Positions 29,231 to 39,076 of a DNA stretch of 59,164 bases are shown one piece after another. The notes below the pieces were generated by a model. That model was not told the DNA's origin, made no database searches, and saw only the letters and a program-made list of their open reading frames with translations. Location: positions 1 through 59,164 of the forward strand of contig JANLSU010000020.1 in assembly GCA_031362565.1 (NCBI GenBank), read 5' to 3'. This DNA comes from a bacterium. Lineage in GTDB: Bacteria; Krumholzibacteriota; Krumholzibacteriia; G020349025. The first letter of the stretch is position 1; each line of letters begins with the position of its first letter. The translations under genes and the position numbers were made by a program.

Positions 29231-29345
29231 GTCACCAGAGTGGTTCGCAATGACGGCGGCACTTCCGTAGACACCAACGCCGGACTCCCGGGCATCGCAC
29301 AGGGCGCCGTGGAGTGGGGCGACTATGACAATGACGGCGTTTTGC
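29231..29345 (+). pseudogene. Remnant of an FG-GAP/VCBS-type repeat
   Basis: VTRVVRNDGGTSVDTNAGLPGIAQGAVEWGDYDNDG; a single repeat without a plausible gene around it. Confidence 0.6.
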
Positions 29346-29400
29346 TGGATCAGCTTCCTGGGGAGATTCTGACGGCGACGGTGGTCTGGGTTTGGCCGCA

Positions 29401-29463
29401 ACGGGGGCCATTTCAAAATTTCAAACGCCCTTCCAGCCGTCGCGGTTTTGAAGATGGCCCCGT
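29401..29463. repeat. Imperfect 18-bp inverted repeat, possible IS/MITE scar
   Basis: ACGGGGGCCATTTCAAAA (29401-29418) vs reverse complement of 29446-29463, ACGGGGCCATCTTCAAAA. Confidence 0.6.
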
Positions 29464-29937
29464 AGATCAGCAGGACGCGGTGGGCAGAGTACTATCGCAG
29501 CGCGCGCGCGTTCCTCTTGACACTGACTTCATGGAGGTAGCGATGGCTGTCCAAAAAAGCGTGCTCGTGGTTGGCCTGGATCCGACCCTGATTGATTTTT
29601 CCGATCGCTGCTACCCGCCGGGCATGAGAGCTGTGATCGTTGGTGAGCAAGGTCGAGTCCACTTGCTTCGCAACTCGGTTTCAGTCCGTTTCTGGCCGGT
29701 TCAGTGTGTTTCCGGGGACGCGGGGTAGAATAAGCCAACGGTAAGCCGTTGCCGAAATGTCCTGTCTCGACCATGGAAAGAGCTCACATTCGAAAGCAGC
29801 GTACGGCGAACATCGCGGCGGGGCTCTTCGATCTCGAGAACATCGTCCTGTCCCCGCGGCGCTGGTGTTGTAGAGTGGACCGACGGGAGCCCGGAAGACG
29901 ACTCGTGGCACCGTTGCCGCATCCTACCCGCCGGGAA

Positions 29938-30720
29938 ATGGAATCGATGTTCGGACACCATTCGCAACTCGCGCTGATCGCAGTCTACTGGGTCTCGATG
30001 AGCGCGCTGCGCGCCGACGCACAGGTAGCCGCCGCACCTCCACCCCGCCTGGCGCTGGAGATCGAGACGGGGCCAGTCTGGCAGGGCAGGAACGATGTGC
30101 AGATTCCCAACGACGCCACCGGCACGCGCTTCTCGCTAGTCGATGTCATCGGGCAGGGGCCGTGGCCCGCGGCGCGCGTCTACCTGAGCTGGAATTTCAG
30201 CGACAAGCGTTCCCTGCGCGCGCTGGTCGCGCCGCTTACGATCACCGAAGCGGGGGATCTGGACGGACCGGTGGCGTTTGCCACAAGAGACTTCGTGGCG
30301 GGTCCGGTGGAGGCGACCTACAAGTTCAACTCCTACCGGCTCAGCTACCGCCAGCGCTTCCACCAGGGCGCGCGATGGTCCTGGTGGTGGGGCCTGACCG
30401 CCAAGATCCGCGATGCGCGGATTGCGCTCGCGCAGGGCGATGTCAGCGCCGCGAAGGACGACCTGGGATTCGTGCCGCTGGCGCATCTGGCGTGGGAGTG
30501 GCGGCCGGTCGCGCACTGGCGCGCGACCTTCGACGCCGACGCGCTGGCCGGCGGACCCGGCCGCGCCGAGGATGTGGCCCTGAAGCTGTCGCGGGACCTG
30601 GGCGAACGGACGCGCTTGGCCTTGGGGTACCGGATGGTCGAGGGCGGCGCCGACGTGGATGAAGTCTACAACTTCGCCTGGCTGCACTATGCCGTGGCGT
30701 CGCTGTACGTGTCCTTCTAG
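29938..30720 (+). CDS. Hypothetical outer-membrane beta-barrel protein
   Basis: Signal-like segment ending ADAQ; alternating amphipathic strands rich in W/Y; C-terminal SLYVSF. Start uncertain (29938/29947/29998). Confidence 0.7.
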   Translation: MESMFGHHSQLALIAVYWVSMSALRADAQVAAAPPPRLALEIETGPVWQGRNDVQIPNDATGTRFSLVDVIGQGPWPAARVYLSWNFSDKRSLRALVAPLTITEAGDLDGPVAFATRDFVAGPVEATYKFNSYRLSYRQRFHQGARWSWWWGLTAKIRDARIALAQGDVSAAKDDLGFVPLAHLAWEWRPVAHWRATFDADALAGGPGRAEDVALKLSRDLGERTRLALGYRMVEGGADVDEVYNFAWLHYAVASLYVSF

Positions 30721-30750
30721 GTCGCGGCAGCAGGCCATCGCCTGTCGGGC

Positions 30751-30990
30751 TCAGTCCAAGAATTCCTGCAGATTGGTCTTCCCGAAACGACTCCCCACCG
30801 CGGCCTCGCGCAGCTGCTTGGCGATCAGCGCCATGACGCGCTTGACGCCGAGGGTCTTCTCCGGATCGGTTGCCGGTAGAAGCCGCACCGTGATTTGGCG
30901 GTCTTTCTGGGACAGCTGCACGAAGAAACTTTGCGCGCGACCCTGTTCGACCACCACACAGTCCAGCAGCGCAGTGCGCCGCGCCTTGTT
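30751..30990 (-). pseudogene. Probable 5'-truncated conserved hypothetical gene
   Basis: TALLDCVVVEQGRAQSFFVQLSQKDRQITVRLLPATDPEKTLGVKRVMALIAKQL...GKTNLQEFLD looks like a genuine protein C-terminus; no RBS; bounded by the in-frame stop of the MerR gene. Confidence 0.5.
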
Positions 30991-31017
30991 CGGTCCGGCG
31001 ACGCTTGTAAAGGTCCG

Positions 31018-31995
31018 CTACGCGCGCGACTCGGCCTCGAGCTGCAACAACAGATCGCGGAAGGCCGCCAGGCTCGAGATCGCGTGGACATTTGGCCGTT
31101 GTAACTTCCGCGCATACATTGGCGCCGCCGCGCCGCCCAAGACGAGTGCGTGCCCGGCCGGCAAGGCTGCAGCCAACACCTCCAGATCGGTGCGCAGACG
31201 TGCATCGGGTGCGGGGTGCACGATGCTCAGGGCGATGACCCGCGCCGGCGCGAGTTCCGCCGCGCGGGCGATCTCGGACGCCGGCAGGTCCGTCCCCAGG
31301 TAGAGGACGCGCCAGCCCATCGAGCTCGCCGACGTTGCGGCGAGCAAGGCGCCCAGCTCGTGCCGCTGTCCAACCGGCGTGCCGACGACGATCGGCAGCG
31401 CGTCGGGAGCCGGATCGCAACTCCTTAAAATGTCATCGAGCACGTGCCGTATCACGGCGCTGGCCGCGTGCTCCTGGGCCGGACCGAGATCGCCTGCGGT
31501 CCACAGCAGGCCGATTGCATACAGGAGCGGCACCAGCACATCGTCGGCAAACTGCGCGAGCGGCAGGACGATCGTCGCGCGGCGCAACTCCGTCTCGAGC
31601 ACCACCGGCTCAAGAGCCAGAACGGCATCGAGACAGCGTTTCACGAGCCCATCGTCGGTGCTTCCCTCGCCAGGTCCCGGTTCCACCGCGCGCTCGCTTT
31701 CGGTCGGGCGGCGTTGCCCGTCCGATACAACCAGGGCCCGCAGCGCATCGTTCGACTGCTTGGCGAGTTGCCCGATGTTGCGGCCGGCGTCGGCGGCACG
31801 TTTCAGCAGTTCCAACCGCTCGATGTCGGCGTCGGAGTACAGGCGCTGGCCGCCGGCGGTCCGGCGCGGCTGCACCACGGCATAACGCCGCTCCCAGACC
31901 CGCAAAACGTGCGGCGAGAGCCCGGTCCGGGCCGAAACCAGTCGCACGGGGTGCCACGCCTGGTCATCTGGGAGGAGACTGCTCATCGGATCCAT
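31018..31995 (-). CDS. CarH/LitR-like MerR-family regulator with cobalamin-binding domain (putative AdoB12 photoreceptor)
   Basis: MerR HTH (LRVWERRY...RTAGGQRLYS); W-x9-EH motif (WTAGDLGPAQEH); B12 motif QRHELG...YLG.DLP. Confidence 0.9.
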   Translation of the reverse strand: MDPMSSLLPDDQAWHPVRLVSARTGLSPHVLRVWERRYAVVQPRRTAGGQRLYSDADIERLELLKRAADAGRNIGQLAKQSNDALRALVVSDGQRRPTESERAVEPGPGEGSTDDGLVKRCLDAVLALEPVVLETELRRATIVLPLAQFADDVLVPLLYAIGLLWTAGDLGPAQEHAASAVIRHVLDDILRSCDPAPDALPIVVGTPVGQRHELGALLAATSASSMGWRVLYLGTDLPASEIARAAELAPARVIALSIVHPAPDARLRTDLEVLAAALPAGHALVLGGAAAPMYARKLQRPNVHAISSLAAFRDLLLQLEAESRA

Positions 31996-32012
31996 GCCCT
32001 AAGATACCCAGG

Positions 32013-32099
32013 CGTCTAGTGAATGTCTACATATTTTTCTTCGACAAGGCCTTGACAAGACACTGGGGCGCCCCTACTATCCTGGACAGGAGCTAGACA
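32013..32099. promoter_or_regulatory. Sigma-70 promoter with CarH-type 11-bp-spaced direct repeats
   Basis: TTGACA (32052-57), 17 bp, TACTAT (32075-80). TnGACA pairs 11 bp apart at 32041/32052 and 32083/32094; opposite-strand pair TAGACA/TAGACG at 32024/32013. Confidence 0.75.
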
Positions 32100-32144
32100 G
32101 CTCCATCGAGAAAAGAAGCCCGATTTCCAGGAGGATCGAGAATC

Positions 32145-32852
32145 ATGAAGCGCAGCACCCCCATCGCCCTTGCCCTCGTCGCCCTGCTCGCATTCGGTGC
32201 GGGTTGCAGCGACGACGATAATCCCGTGACCCCGACCCCGCAGGCGACCGCCAATTTGCGGGTCCTGCACGCTTCGCCCAACGCACCCGCGGTGGACGTC
32301 CTCGTGGACGGCCAGGTCGTGGCCGCAAACGTGCCCTACAAGGCGTTCTCGCAGTACCTCTCGGTGGCCGCCGGCGCGCGCAACATCAAGGTGCGGGCGA
32401 GTGCGGACCCGAGCTTGGTCGTCATCGATGTGAGTCCGGCGCTGGGCGCGAACACCGACTACACGGTGATCGCACGGAACCTGGTCGCGACCATCGAGCC
32501 GTGGTTGCTCACCGACAACAACTCTGCGCCCGGCACCGGGCAGATCAAACTCCGGCTGGTGCATGCCGCGCCGGCTGCGCCGGCCGTCGACATCTACGTC
32601 ACCGCGCCCGGGGCCGATCTTTCGACGGCCACTCCGACGCTATCCGACGTGCCGTACGCGGTCGCGTCGAATTACCTCGCCGTGCCGGCGGGCACCTATC
32701 AGGTGCGGGTCTGTCCGGCAAACACCATCAACGTGGTAATCGACAGCGGCGCGCTGACCTTGACTGCGGGCCAAATCCGTACCGCAGTGGCCGTCGACAA
32801 TACGGGTGGCGGCTCGCCGTTCGGCGCCGTGGTTCTGCCCGACCGCAATTGA
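32145..32852 (+). CDS. DUF4397-domain lipoprotein
   Basis: AGGAGG RBS; FGAGC lipobox; two repeats of LRVLHASPNAPAVDV / LRLVHAAPAAPAVDI. Confidence 0.9.
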   Translation: MKRSTPIALALVALLAFGAGCSDDDNPVTPTPQATANLRVLHASPNAPAVDVLVDGQVVAANVPYKAFSQYLSVAAGARNIKVRASADPSLVVIDVSPALGANTDYTVIARNLVATIEPWLLTDNNSAPGTGQIKLRLVHAAPAAPAVDIYVTAPGADLSTATPTLSDVPYAVASNYLAVPAGTYQVRVCPANTINVVIDSGALTLTAGQIRTAVAVDNTGGGSPFGAVVLPDRN

Positions 32853-32922
32853 ACAGAAGTTCCTGAGAGCAAATGTTTGAACCATGCGAGCCCGCTGGGC
32901 TCGCGAACAAGGAGTACCGACC

Positions 32923-33165
32923 GTGAAGAAGCTGGACGTGATCGCTGCGGTTCTGGTGGTCGTGGGCGCGCTGAACTGGGGTCTGGTCGCGGTTGCGAAG
33001 TTCGACCTGGTGGCGGCGCTCTTCGGAATGGGTTTCGGCGAGACCTCGGCTCTGACCTCGGTGGTCTACGCCCTGGTGGGACTCGCCGGCCTGTACCAGG
33101 GACTCGGATGGAAGAGCGTACAGCGCCGCTGGCATTCCCAGCCTGCGATGCACTCCGTTCGCTGA
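32923..33165 (+). CDS. DUF378-family small membrane protein
   Basis: GTG start after AAGGAG; LVVVGALNWGLVAVAKFDLVAALFG...VVYALVGLAGLY. Confidence 0.88.
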   Translation: MKKLDVIAAVLVVVGALNWGLVAVAKFDLVAALFGMGFGETSALTSVVYALVGLAGLYQGLGWKSVQRRWHSQPAMHSVR

Positions 33166-33240
33166 TCTGAATCGGAAGAATTTCAACCTGCCGGCCGCAG
33201 CCGCTCGCACGAGCCGCATGCGGCCCGGAAGAATGAGGAG

Positions 33241-33789
33241 ATGCACGTGATGAAGCGAGTCGAGTTGATGTCGAGTGCTGCAGCCCTGACGCTGGCCCTG
33301 TTGGCCGGCGCCGGAACGGCCGCAGCGGGTACGCCGAAACCGGAGGTCAAAGACATGACCACTTCGCAGGTCAGTAAGACGCAAGACATTGTGATGACCG
33401 CGGTCGCCGCCGGCTCTTTCAAGACGCTCGCCGCGGCCCTGCAAGCCGCCGGGCTCGTCGAGACGTTGCAAGGCAAGGGGCCGTTCACGGTCTTCGCACC
33501 GACGGACGAGGCCTTCGCCAAGCTGCCCAAGGGCACCGTCGAAGAGCTGTTGAAGCCCGAGAACAAGGCCAAGTTGACCGGCATCCTGACCTATCACGTG
33601 GTCGCCGGCAATGTCATGGCGAAGGATGTCGTCGGCCTGAAGAGCGCGAAGACCGTCAATGGGCAGTCGCTCACCGTCGTGGTCAAGGACGGCAAGGTCG
33701 CCGTCGACGGCGCCAACGTCGTGAAGACCGACATCGCGTGCTCCAACGGCGTCATCCACGTCATCGACAGCGTCGTCCTGCCGAAGTAA
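33241..33789 (+). CDS. Fasciclin (FAS1) domain protein, secreted
   Basis: [32 protein letters not shown]. Confidence 0.95.
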   Translation: MHVMKRVELMSSAAALTLALLAGAGTAAAGTPKPEVKDMTTSQVSKTQDIVMTAVAAGSFKTLAAALQAAGLVETLQGKGPFTVFAPTDEAFAKLPKGTVEELLKPENKAKLTGILTYHVVAGNVMAKDVVGLKSAKTVNGQSLTVVVKDGKVAVDGANVVKTDIACSNGVIHVIDSVVLPK

Positions 33790-33823
33790 GTCTCCTGGCT
33801 CTACAACTTGGCAGGAACGCGAG

Positions 33824-33850
33824 GGGCGGTGCGCAAGCACCGCCCTTTTT
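33824..33850 (+). terminator. Rho-independent terminator of the DUF4397-DUF378-fasciclin unit
   Basis: GGGCGGTGC-GCAA-GCACCGCCC followed by TTTTT. Confidence 0.9.
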
Positions 33851-33899
33851 CGCGCCCTCCCCCTTCGACGGGGGCCCCGCCGACGGCGGAGCGAGGTCG

Positions 33900-34205
33900 C
33901 CTTCAGCACAAGCGACGCTTTGTTTCGAAGACCCGGATGTGGATCTCGCGCAAGGCACCTGGTATCGGCTGGCGCTCGTGCGGTCGGATGGCCCCCGAGA
34001 ATTCTCGGCGCCGGTCGAAGTAGCCGCGACTGCGTTCCAGAACGCGCTGCTTGTACCCCTTGTACCGCCGGATGGCGGCCCCGTGCAAGTGCGGTTCGCA
34101 CTCGCGGGTTCTCCCCACGACGTGCGGCTCGCGGTCTTTGACCTGCGCGGCCGGCAACTCTGGCGCGCGCACGCTGACCTGGAACCGCCGCGACGCGGAA
34201 GTTGG
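33900..34205 (+). pseudogene. Remnant of a secreted protein: pre-CTD linker plus first half of an FlgD-Ig-like CTD
   Basis: FEDPDVDLAQGTWYRLALVRSDG...VQVRFALAGSPHDVRLAVFDLRGRQLW parallels LDTDVAAGETWFYRLNVVDRAG...VRLTVHDVAGHVV in 11124-12785; lacks a start and the WDG...GVYF half. Confidence 0.6.
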
Positions 34206-34276
34206 TGCTGGTGCGCCAGTGATTCTTGCTTCTTGCCGGGCGGCCGCGCGTCGAGGCAAGGCGCTTCAGTGCGGTA

Positions 34277-34810
34277 ACGTCACCACGACCCGAGGGCAAC
34301 AATGGGAGCGATCCGGCGCAGTACTTGTATGACTACAATGTCTTCACGGATACCAAGAGCGCTTACGGCTGGAATGTCGTGACCGGTCAGGGCACGTTGT
34401 ACTCGTCCTCGCCCGCGAATGCAAATGGCGTCGAGATCGTCATGGTGGAAGACCCGAGCAGTTTCGACGACGGAAGTCGGCTCATATCTCCCACGCTTGC
34501 GGATTTCACGAATGGCTGGACGCCGCGACACCGGACGACCTTCCTGGATCTCGGCGCGGGCGACGCGGCCTGGGAGACCTCCATCGCGCCCGACCCGCTG
34601 AACATGGTGGAGAGCGTCGCGCTCCTGGAGGATCACACCTATGCTTTTCGGACACACGACGAGCATTGGGGCAAACTCCGAGTCACGGAGCTCATGAAAA
34701 ATGTCGTGGTCTTCGTGCCCGGGAGCCGGCCCGTATACCTCAATTCCGCGCGCTTCACGTTCGCGCTGCAGCTCATCCAGGATTACCGGCGGTTCAAGGC
34801 CGCGCGGTGA
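34277..34810 (+). pseudogene. Hypothetical protein, probably the 5'-truncated C-terminal part of an exported protein
   Basis: Protein-like composition (SPRPEG...HTYAFRTHDEHWGKLRV...FALQ) but no convincing RBS, start or signal peptide. Confidence 0.45.
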
Positions 34811-34855
34811 GCATCGCCGGCGACCGGCAAGTACGAGCACGGCGGCGGTCTGCGG

Positions 34856-35425
34856 TCAGTGTGCTGCCTTGGCCGGGCAACCGGGCGAATCGGCGCTCAG
34901 ACGCGTCGCGTTCACCGCAAAGTTGAAGCAGCGGTCGGGGCCGCAGGTCGCGTTGTTCGGTTCGACATCCAGGCTGAAATGGCCGGTCCCTGCGTACGTA
35001 TGGTTGGCGCGATTGAGCGTCAGATCGGCGGTCGTCGCCGCCGAATTCTGGCAGCCATTCAGGCCCAGCGAACCAGAACACGAGAACGTCATGTGATCGC
35101 CCGACAAGGACGGGCCGACGAGACCACACGCGGCACCGATGTCGAGCGTCGACCCGGTGCTCAAGAGCGCCGGAATGTCGAATTCGTCGCCGAGTTGCGC
35201 GCCAGCGCAAACGGTGTCGACATGGGTCACATCGAAGATGATGCTGTCGGGCGAGCAGAGCGACGTCTGCACGTGAATCTGCCAGATACCGGCCCACTCG
35301 GCCGGGACCTTGTTGGCGTCGCGGCCGCCGCCGAGGCCGGCGATCGGATTCTGGCAGCTGAGCGCCACAATGCATGTTGCCACGAATGCCGTGCAGGTGG
35401 CGCGGCGCAGGATCGCAGAGCGCAT
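34856..35425 (-). CDS. Small Cys-rich lipoprotein, unknown function
   Basis: Start re-set to ATG 35425 (GAGGAG RBS); lipobox ALSC; eight further Cys in the mature part. Confidence 0.75.
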   Translation of the reverse strand: MRSAILRRATCTAFVATCIVALSCQNPIAGLGGGRDANKVPAEWAGIWQIHVQTSLCSPDSIIFDVTHVDTVCAGAQLGDEFDIPALLSTGSTLDIGAACGLVGPSLSGDHMTFSCSGSLGLNGCQNSAATTADLTLNRANHTYAGTGHFSLDVEPNNATCGPDRCFNFAVNATRLSADSPGCPAKAAH

Positions 35426-35731
35426 GGAACGATCTCCTCGATTCGAAGGACGGAGACGGTGAGCCGCACGACGACTCGTGCGTGCTTCGTCTATTCGCCG
35501 GATGTTTGGAACCTCGAAACGACGTCCAGGGCAGCGTCGTCGAATTCGGAAGAGCAAAACGAGGGCCGCGCTCCTGCGGCGCGGACGCAGACTTGGTGCA
35601 GCGCGGCAGCCTTGCGCGATCGGCTCCGCACGCGCTATCTTCAAGGCAATTCAGCGCCATCCCTGCGGCCTGGGCAACAGCGGTCGCGTCTCTGGCTTCG
35701 TCGTCGTCCTCTGCCCGACGAGGTGGGACCT

Positions 35732-38700
35732 GTGCGAACTGTTTTTTCCGCGTTCGACGCTCTGGGCCGCTGCAGGCCGCGGCTCGCGGGCCTCGTCCTC
35801 CTCCTGGTCTTGGCGTCCAACGCCTGGATGGCGCGGCCAGCCAGCGCCTTGGTGGCGCGCGCAAAAACAACCCGGCCGGGAAGTACCGTCGACATCGACG
35901 AGCCGACGAAGCCCGAGCCTGGAGTCAATCCATTCCCGCCGGATCGGCCGGCAAAGGCGCTGCAAGACACGGTGTGGATCGCCGACTGGTCGGTCGACTC
36001 CGGTGCTTCGTGCACCACCACCGGCTGGGTCAAATTCGACAACCGCGTCCTGTTCGACGGTTCGAACTATTGGGTGGTCGATAACCGCTTCGACGGTCTC
36101 GGTGCGGACTCCGTGCGAGTCAGCGGCTACATCAACGGCAAAGCTGCGGTTTTGTCCCGTCACAATCTGTGTTGGGCGCGTGACGGTTACGGAAACTCCT
36201 GGGACTACTCGGTGATCTTGAAATACGCGGGCGCCAGCGCGACGCTCTCGTTCGACAAGGGGAGCGACAGCGAAGATGGCTACGACTTCGTTACGATCGA
36301 GACGGATTCGTTGGGCCTGTCGGAAACGCTCGCGAATATCTGCGCCAACCCGCGGATCACTCCGGCGGCGCTTCGTAGCGAGATCGTGACCGGCATGAGC
36401 GGATTGGATCCGGGTTCGCACGTTGGGCCCATCGCGCTGACGAACTTCGGCGCCGGGACGCACGAAGTCTACATTCGCTTTAACTCCAACGAGGCAAACT
36501 CCGACGAAGACGGGCTCTTCAGTTCGAGCTTCAGCGCCGGGCTCGTGGTCGACAACATCGTGGTCACCGGCGGATTGGCGTACGCCGAAACCTTCGCGGG
36601 TGCTCTGAACGCCAATGTGTCGTTAGTGAATACGGCGGGCAACCAGCCGTTTTGCGCCGCGCCCTGGGCGCGCATCTTCTCGCATATCACGGACAACGAC
36701 AAATGCAAAGAGAACATGACTTGCGCCTGGCTATTCAGCGATCCGCTGCGCATCGCTTTTGCGCCCGACATGGCGTTTGGGCCTGGGCTGGCCGTCGTCC
36801 ACAACTGGCTCGACGACATCGTCGTGAGCCCCTGGGTAAGCCTTGCGAGCACGCCGAGCGCCACCGGAACCCTGCTCTCGTTCCGGTCGTTCCCCGGCAA
36901 CAACTTTGCGCGCGGCAAAATCGTTCAGTCCTGGCGCGTACGCGGCAAAGCTCGACACGACAACACCGACACCGTCACCCTGGGAGATTCGATCGACTGT
37001 TTGTCGCCATGGGTCACCGTGGGTGACCGTTATCCGCAGCTCACGGCCTTCACTTGGAGCACCACCGTGCTCGACCTGAGTTTCGAGTTGCCGACGAATT
37101 CCTACCAGGTGCAGGTCTCGACCCGCGTCGCGGATTGGCAGTTGCTCACCGGCGACTCGGCGCCGGTGTCGCTCGATACCGGCCCGGGCCCGTACTTCGA
37201 CCGGGTGCGCATCGGACGGAAAGTGCTCTTGGGGCCGGTTCTCCAGCAGGACACCGATGCGCGCGCCCAAGGCCAAGACGCCTTCCCCACGGTTCAAAAC
37301 GCCTTGCCGAACGGCGAGCACTTTTCGCCGGACGGCGCCAACCGGTTCGGAACGTGCGCTTTCTCGTCCGCTGCGGATCTTGGGATCAACGGTGTGACTT
37401 CGAATCTCATCACCGGCGATTCGATTTATATCCGGGCGGCCGACGCGCGCAGCGCCGGCGGTCTTGCCTCGGTGCGCTTCTACGGCGCTATTACGTCGGG
37501 CGTGCATGCGGGCAAGGCGCCCGCGCCGTATGCGATCGGCGGAAACGGTTTCTTCACGGTCACCGCAGACAGCGCCCGCGTGCCGCGGGGTTTCGTGGCT
37601 CCGGGCAAATGGTTCGTCGACTTGGACGACACTTATTTCCGCGGCGGCGACGTCTTGAACTACTTCTGGGCTGCCGTCGACAATTCGGGTGGTTTCAGTT
37701 CGAGCCCGCTCGGTTTGAACGCGCTCCCCGCGTCGGTCGCGACGGCGGAGACTGCGACGCTCGGGCTCTTCGAGGTCAACTTCCTGCCGGTGATCAACTG
37801 GGCCCCCGCCTACGCAGCGCGGATCGCAGCCGACGCCAACGGCGACCTCGACCCGACGGCGCCGGAGCTGGCGGCTTCGACGCAGAAGAACTGCGTGCTC
37901 TATGTACAGGCGATGAACTCCAACCGCCGCAGCGGGATGTTCAATCGCACGTCGTTCATGTTCACCTTGGACGACCTGGGTTACCGCGGCCAGTACGACG
38001 TCTACGACGTCCTGGGCTCCGGCAACGTCAATAATGCGCTTGGCGGACGCGCCAACGTCGCACAGGCAAGCGGCTATGCGCTCATCATCCACGATGCGGG
38101 CCGGTTGTCCGGTACGCTGCCCGATGGCGTCAATCTCGACGACGCCAAGATCAACCAGGCGCAGTGGTACCGCGATTACTTGGCGCAAGGACTCACCGGA
38201 TTCGCGGGGACAGCAACGGTGTGCGTCCTCGGCGAAAACGTGGCCTTCGAAAGCAACTCCAACCCTCTCTTCGCGACCAGCATGGGTCTCTCGTCGATCG
38301 TGAACGACCAAGCTCTGGCGGTGAGCCCGGACGTGCAGGGTGGGAACTCGTTCACGTGGGCGAACGGCGGCGTCACGAACTTCATCGGTGACAAGTTCAG
38401 CCTGAGCGGCGGTTGCCCTGCGCTCCGGACGTTCGACGGTGCGGGGGCCAGCGGCACCGCTGTCGTGACCCACAACTACAAATCGGGCGCAACCACCGGA
38501 ACCGGCGCCGTCGTCATGAACAAGAACGCGGTGTTGAAATGGAACACTGTGTGGATGGGCTTCAACTGGTTCGACATCCGGGACGCCTTCGGTAGCCCCC
38601 CCGGAACCGCCGAGAAAACTCTGTTGTCGAAGATCTTGAGCCAAGCGCAGCCGATCGCCTGCATCCACGCGCCCGTCGCCACGGAGCCCGGAACGCCGGA

Positions 38701-38998
38701 CGAAGTGGCGACAGTGCCACTGAGAACCGCGCTGCACCCGTGCGAACCAAATCCGTTTAATCCGACGACAACGCTGCGTTTCGATCTGGCATGTGGGGGC
38801 CGGACTCGCCTTCTCGTGTATGACGCTGCGGGACACCTGGTGCGCACCCTCGTCGATGCGACGCTCCCCGCGGGGTCCCATCGCCAGGTCTGGAACGGGC
38901 TCGATACCGGCGGCCAGCGCGCGCCAAGCGGGGTGTACTTTGCGCGGCTCGTGAGCGGCGAGTCGAGTCTCGCGCGCAAGATGGTGCTCTTGCAATGA
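35732..38998 (+). CDS. Large secreted protein (~1,090 aa) with C-terminal FlgD-Ig/T9SS-like domain
   Basis: GTG start after GAGGTGG; signal peptide; jelly-roll-like acidic motifs (DSEDGYDF, SDEDG); C-terminus PNPFNPTTTLRF...VYDAAGHLVRTL...WNGLD...SGVYFARL. Confidence 0.85.
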   Translation: MRTVFSAFDALGRCRPRLAGLVLLLVLASNAWMARPASALVARAKTTRPGSTVDIDEPTKPEPGVNPFPPDRPAKALQDTVWIADWSVDSGASCTTTGWVKFDNRVLFDGSNYWVVDNRFDGLGADSVRVSGYINGKAAVLSRHNLCWARDGYGNSWDYSVILKYAGASATLSFDKGSDSEDGYDFVTIETDSLGLSETLANICANPRITPAALRSEIVTGMSGLDPGSHVGPIALTNFGAGTHEVYIRFNSNEANSDEDGLFSSSFSAGLVVDNIVVTGGLAYAETFAGALNANVSLVNTAGNQPFCAAPWARIFSHITDNDKCKENMTCAWLFSDPLRIAFAPDMAFGPGLAVVHNWLDDIVVSPWVSLASTPSATGTLLSFRSFPGNNFARGKIVQSWRVRGKARHDNTDTVTLGDSIDCLSPWVTVGDRYPQLTAFTWSTTVLDLSFELPTNSYQVQVSTRVADWQLLTGDSAPVSLDTGPGPYFDRVRIGRKVLLGPVLQQDTDARAQGQDAFPTVQNALPNGEHFSPDGANRFGTCAFSSAADLGINGVTSNLITGDSIYIRAADARSAGGLASVRFYGAITSGVHAGKAPAPYAIGGNGFFTVTADSARVPRGFVAPGKWFVDLDDTYFRGGDVLNYFWAAVDNSGGFSSSPLGLNALPASVATAETATLGLFEVNFLPVINWAPAYAARIAADANGDLDPTAPELAASTQKNCVLYVQAMNSNRRSGMFNRTSFMFTLDDLGYRGQYDVYDVLGSGNVNNALGGRANVAQASGYALIIHDAGRLSGTLPDGVNLDDAKINQAQWYRDYLAQGLTGFAGTATVCVLGENVAFESNSNPLFATSMGLSSIVNDQALAVSPDVQGGNSFTWANGGVTNFIGDKFSLSGGCPALRTFDGAGASGTAVVTHNYKSGATTGTGAVVMNKNAVLKWNTVWMGFNWFDIRDAFGSPPGTAEKTLLSKILSQAQPIACIHAPVATEPGTPDEVATVPLRTALHPCEPNPFNPTTTLRFDLACGGRTRLLVYDAAGHLVRTLVDATLPAGSHRQVWNGLDTGGQRAPSGVYFARLVSGESSLARKMVLLQ

Positions 38999-39076
38999 CC
39001 GGCGCCCACTTCGAGGTGTGACGCTGCTCCGTACGCGTGCTAGGCTTCGCGGCCGATCACGCGGAGGACGGCGGCC

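Noticed and set aside
29057..29728. 223-aa ORF as a real gene
   Set aside because: It strings together the antisense of the leader RNA, an FG-GAP fragment, an inverted repeat and another fragment; no coherent domain or good start.
30975..31000. Second attC site (CCGAACAAGGCG on the minus strand)
   Set aside because: No L boxes, hairpin or R' follow; it lies in apparent coding remnant.
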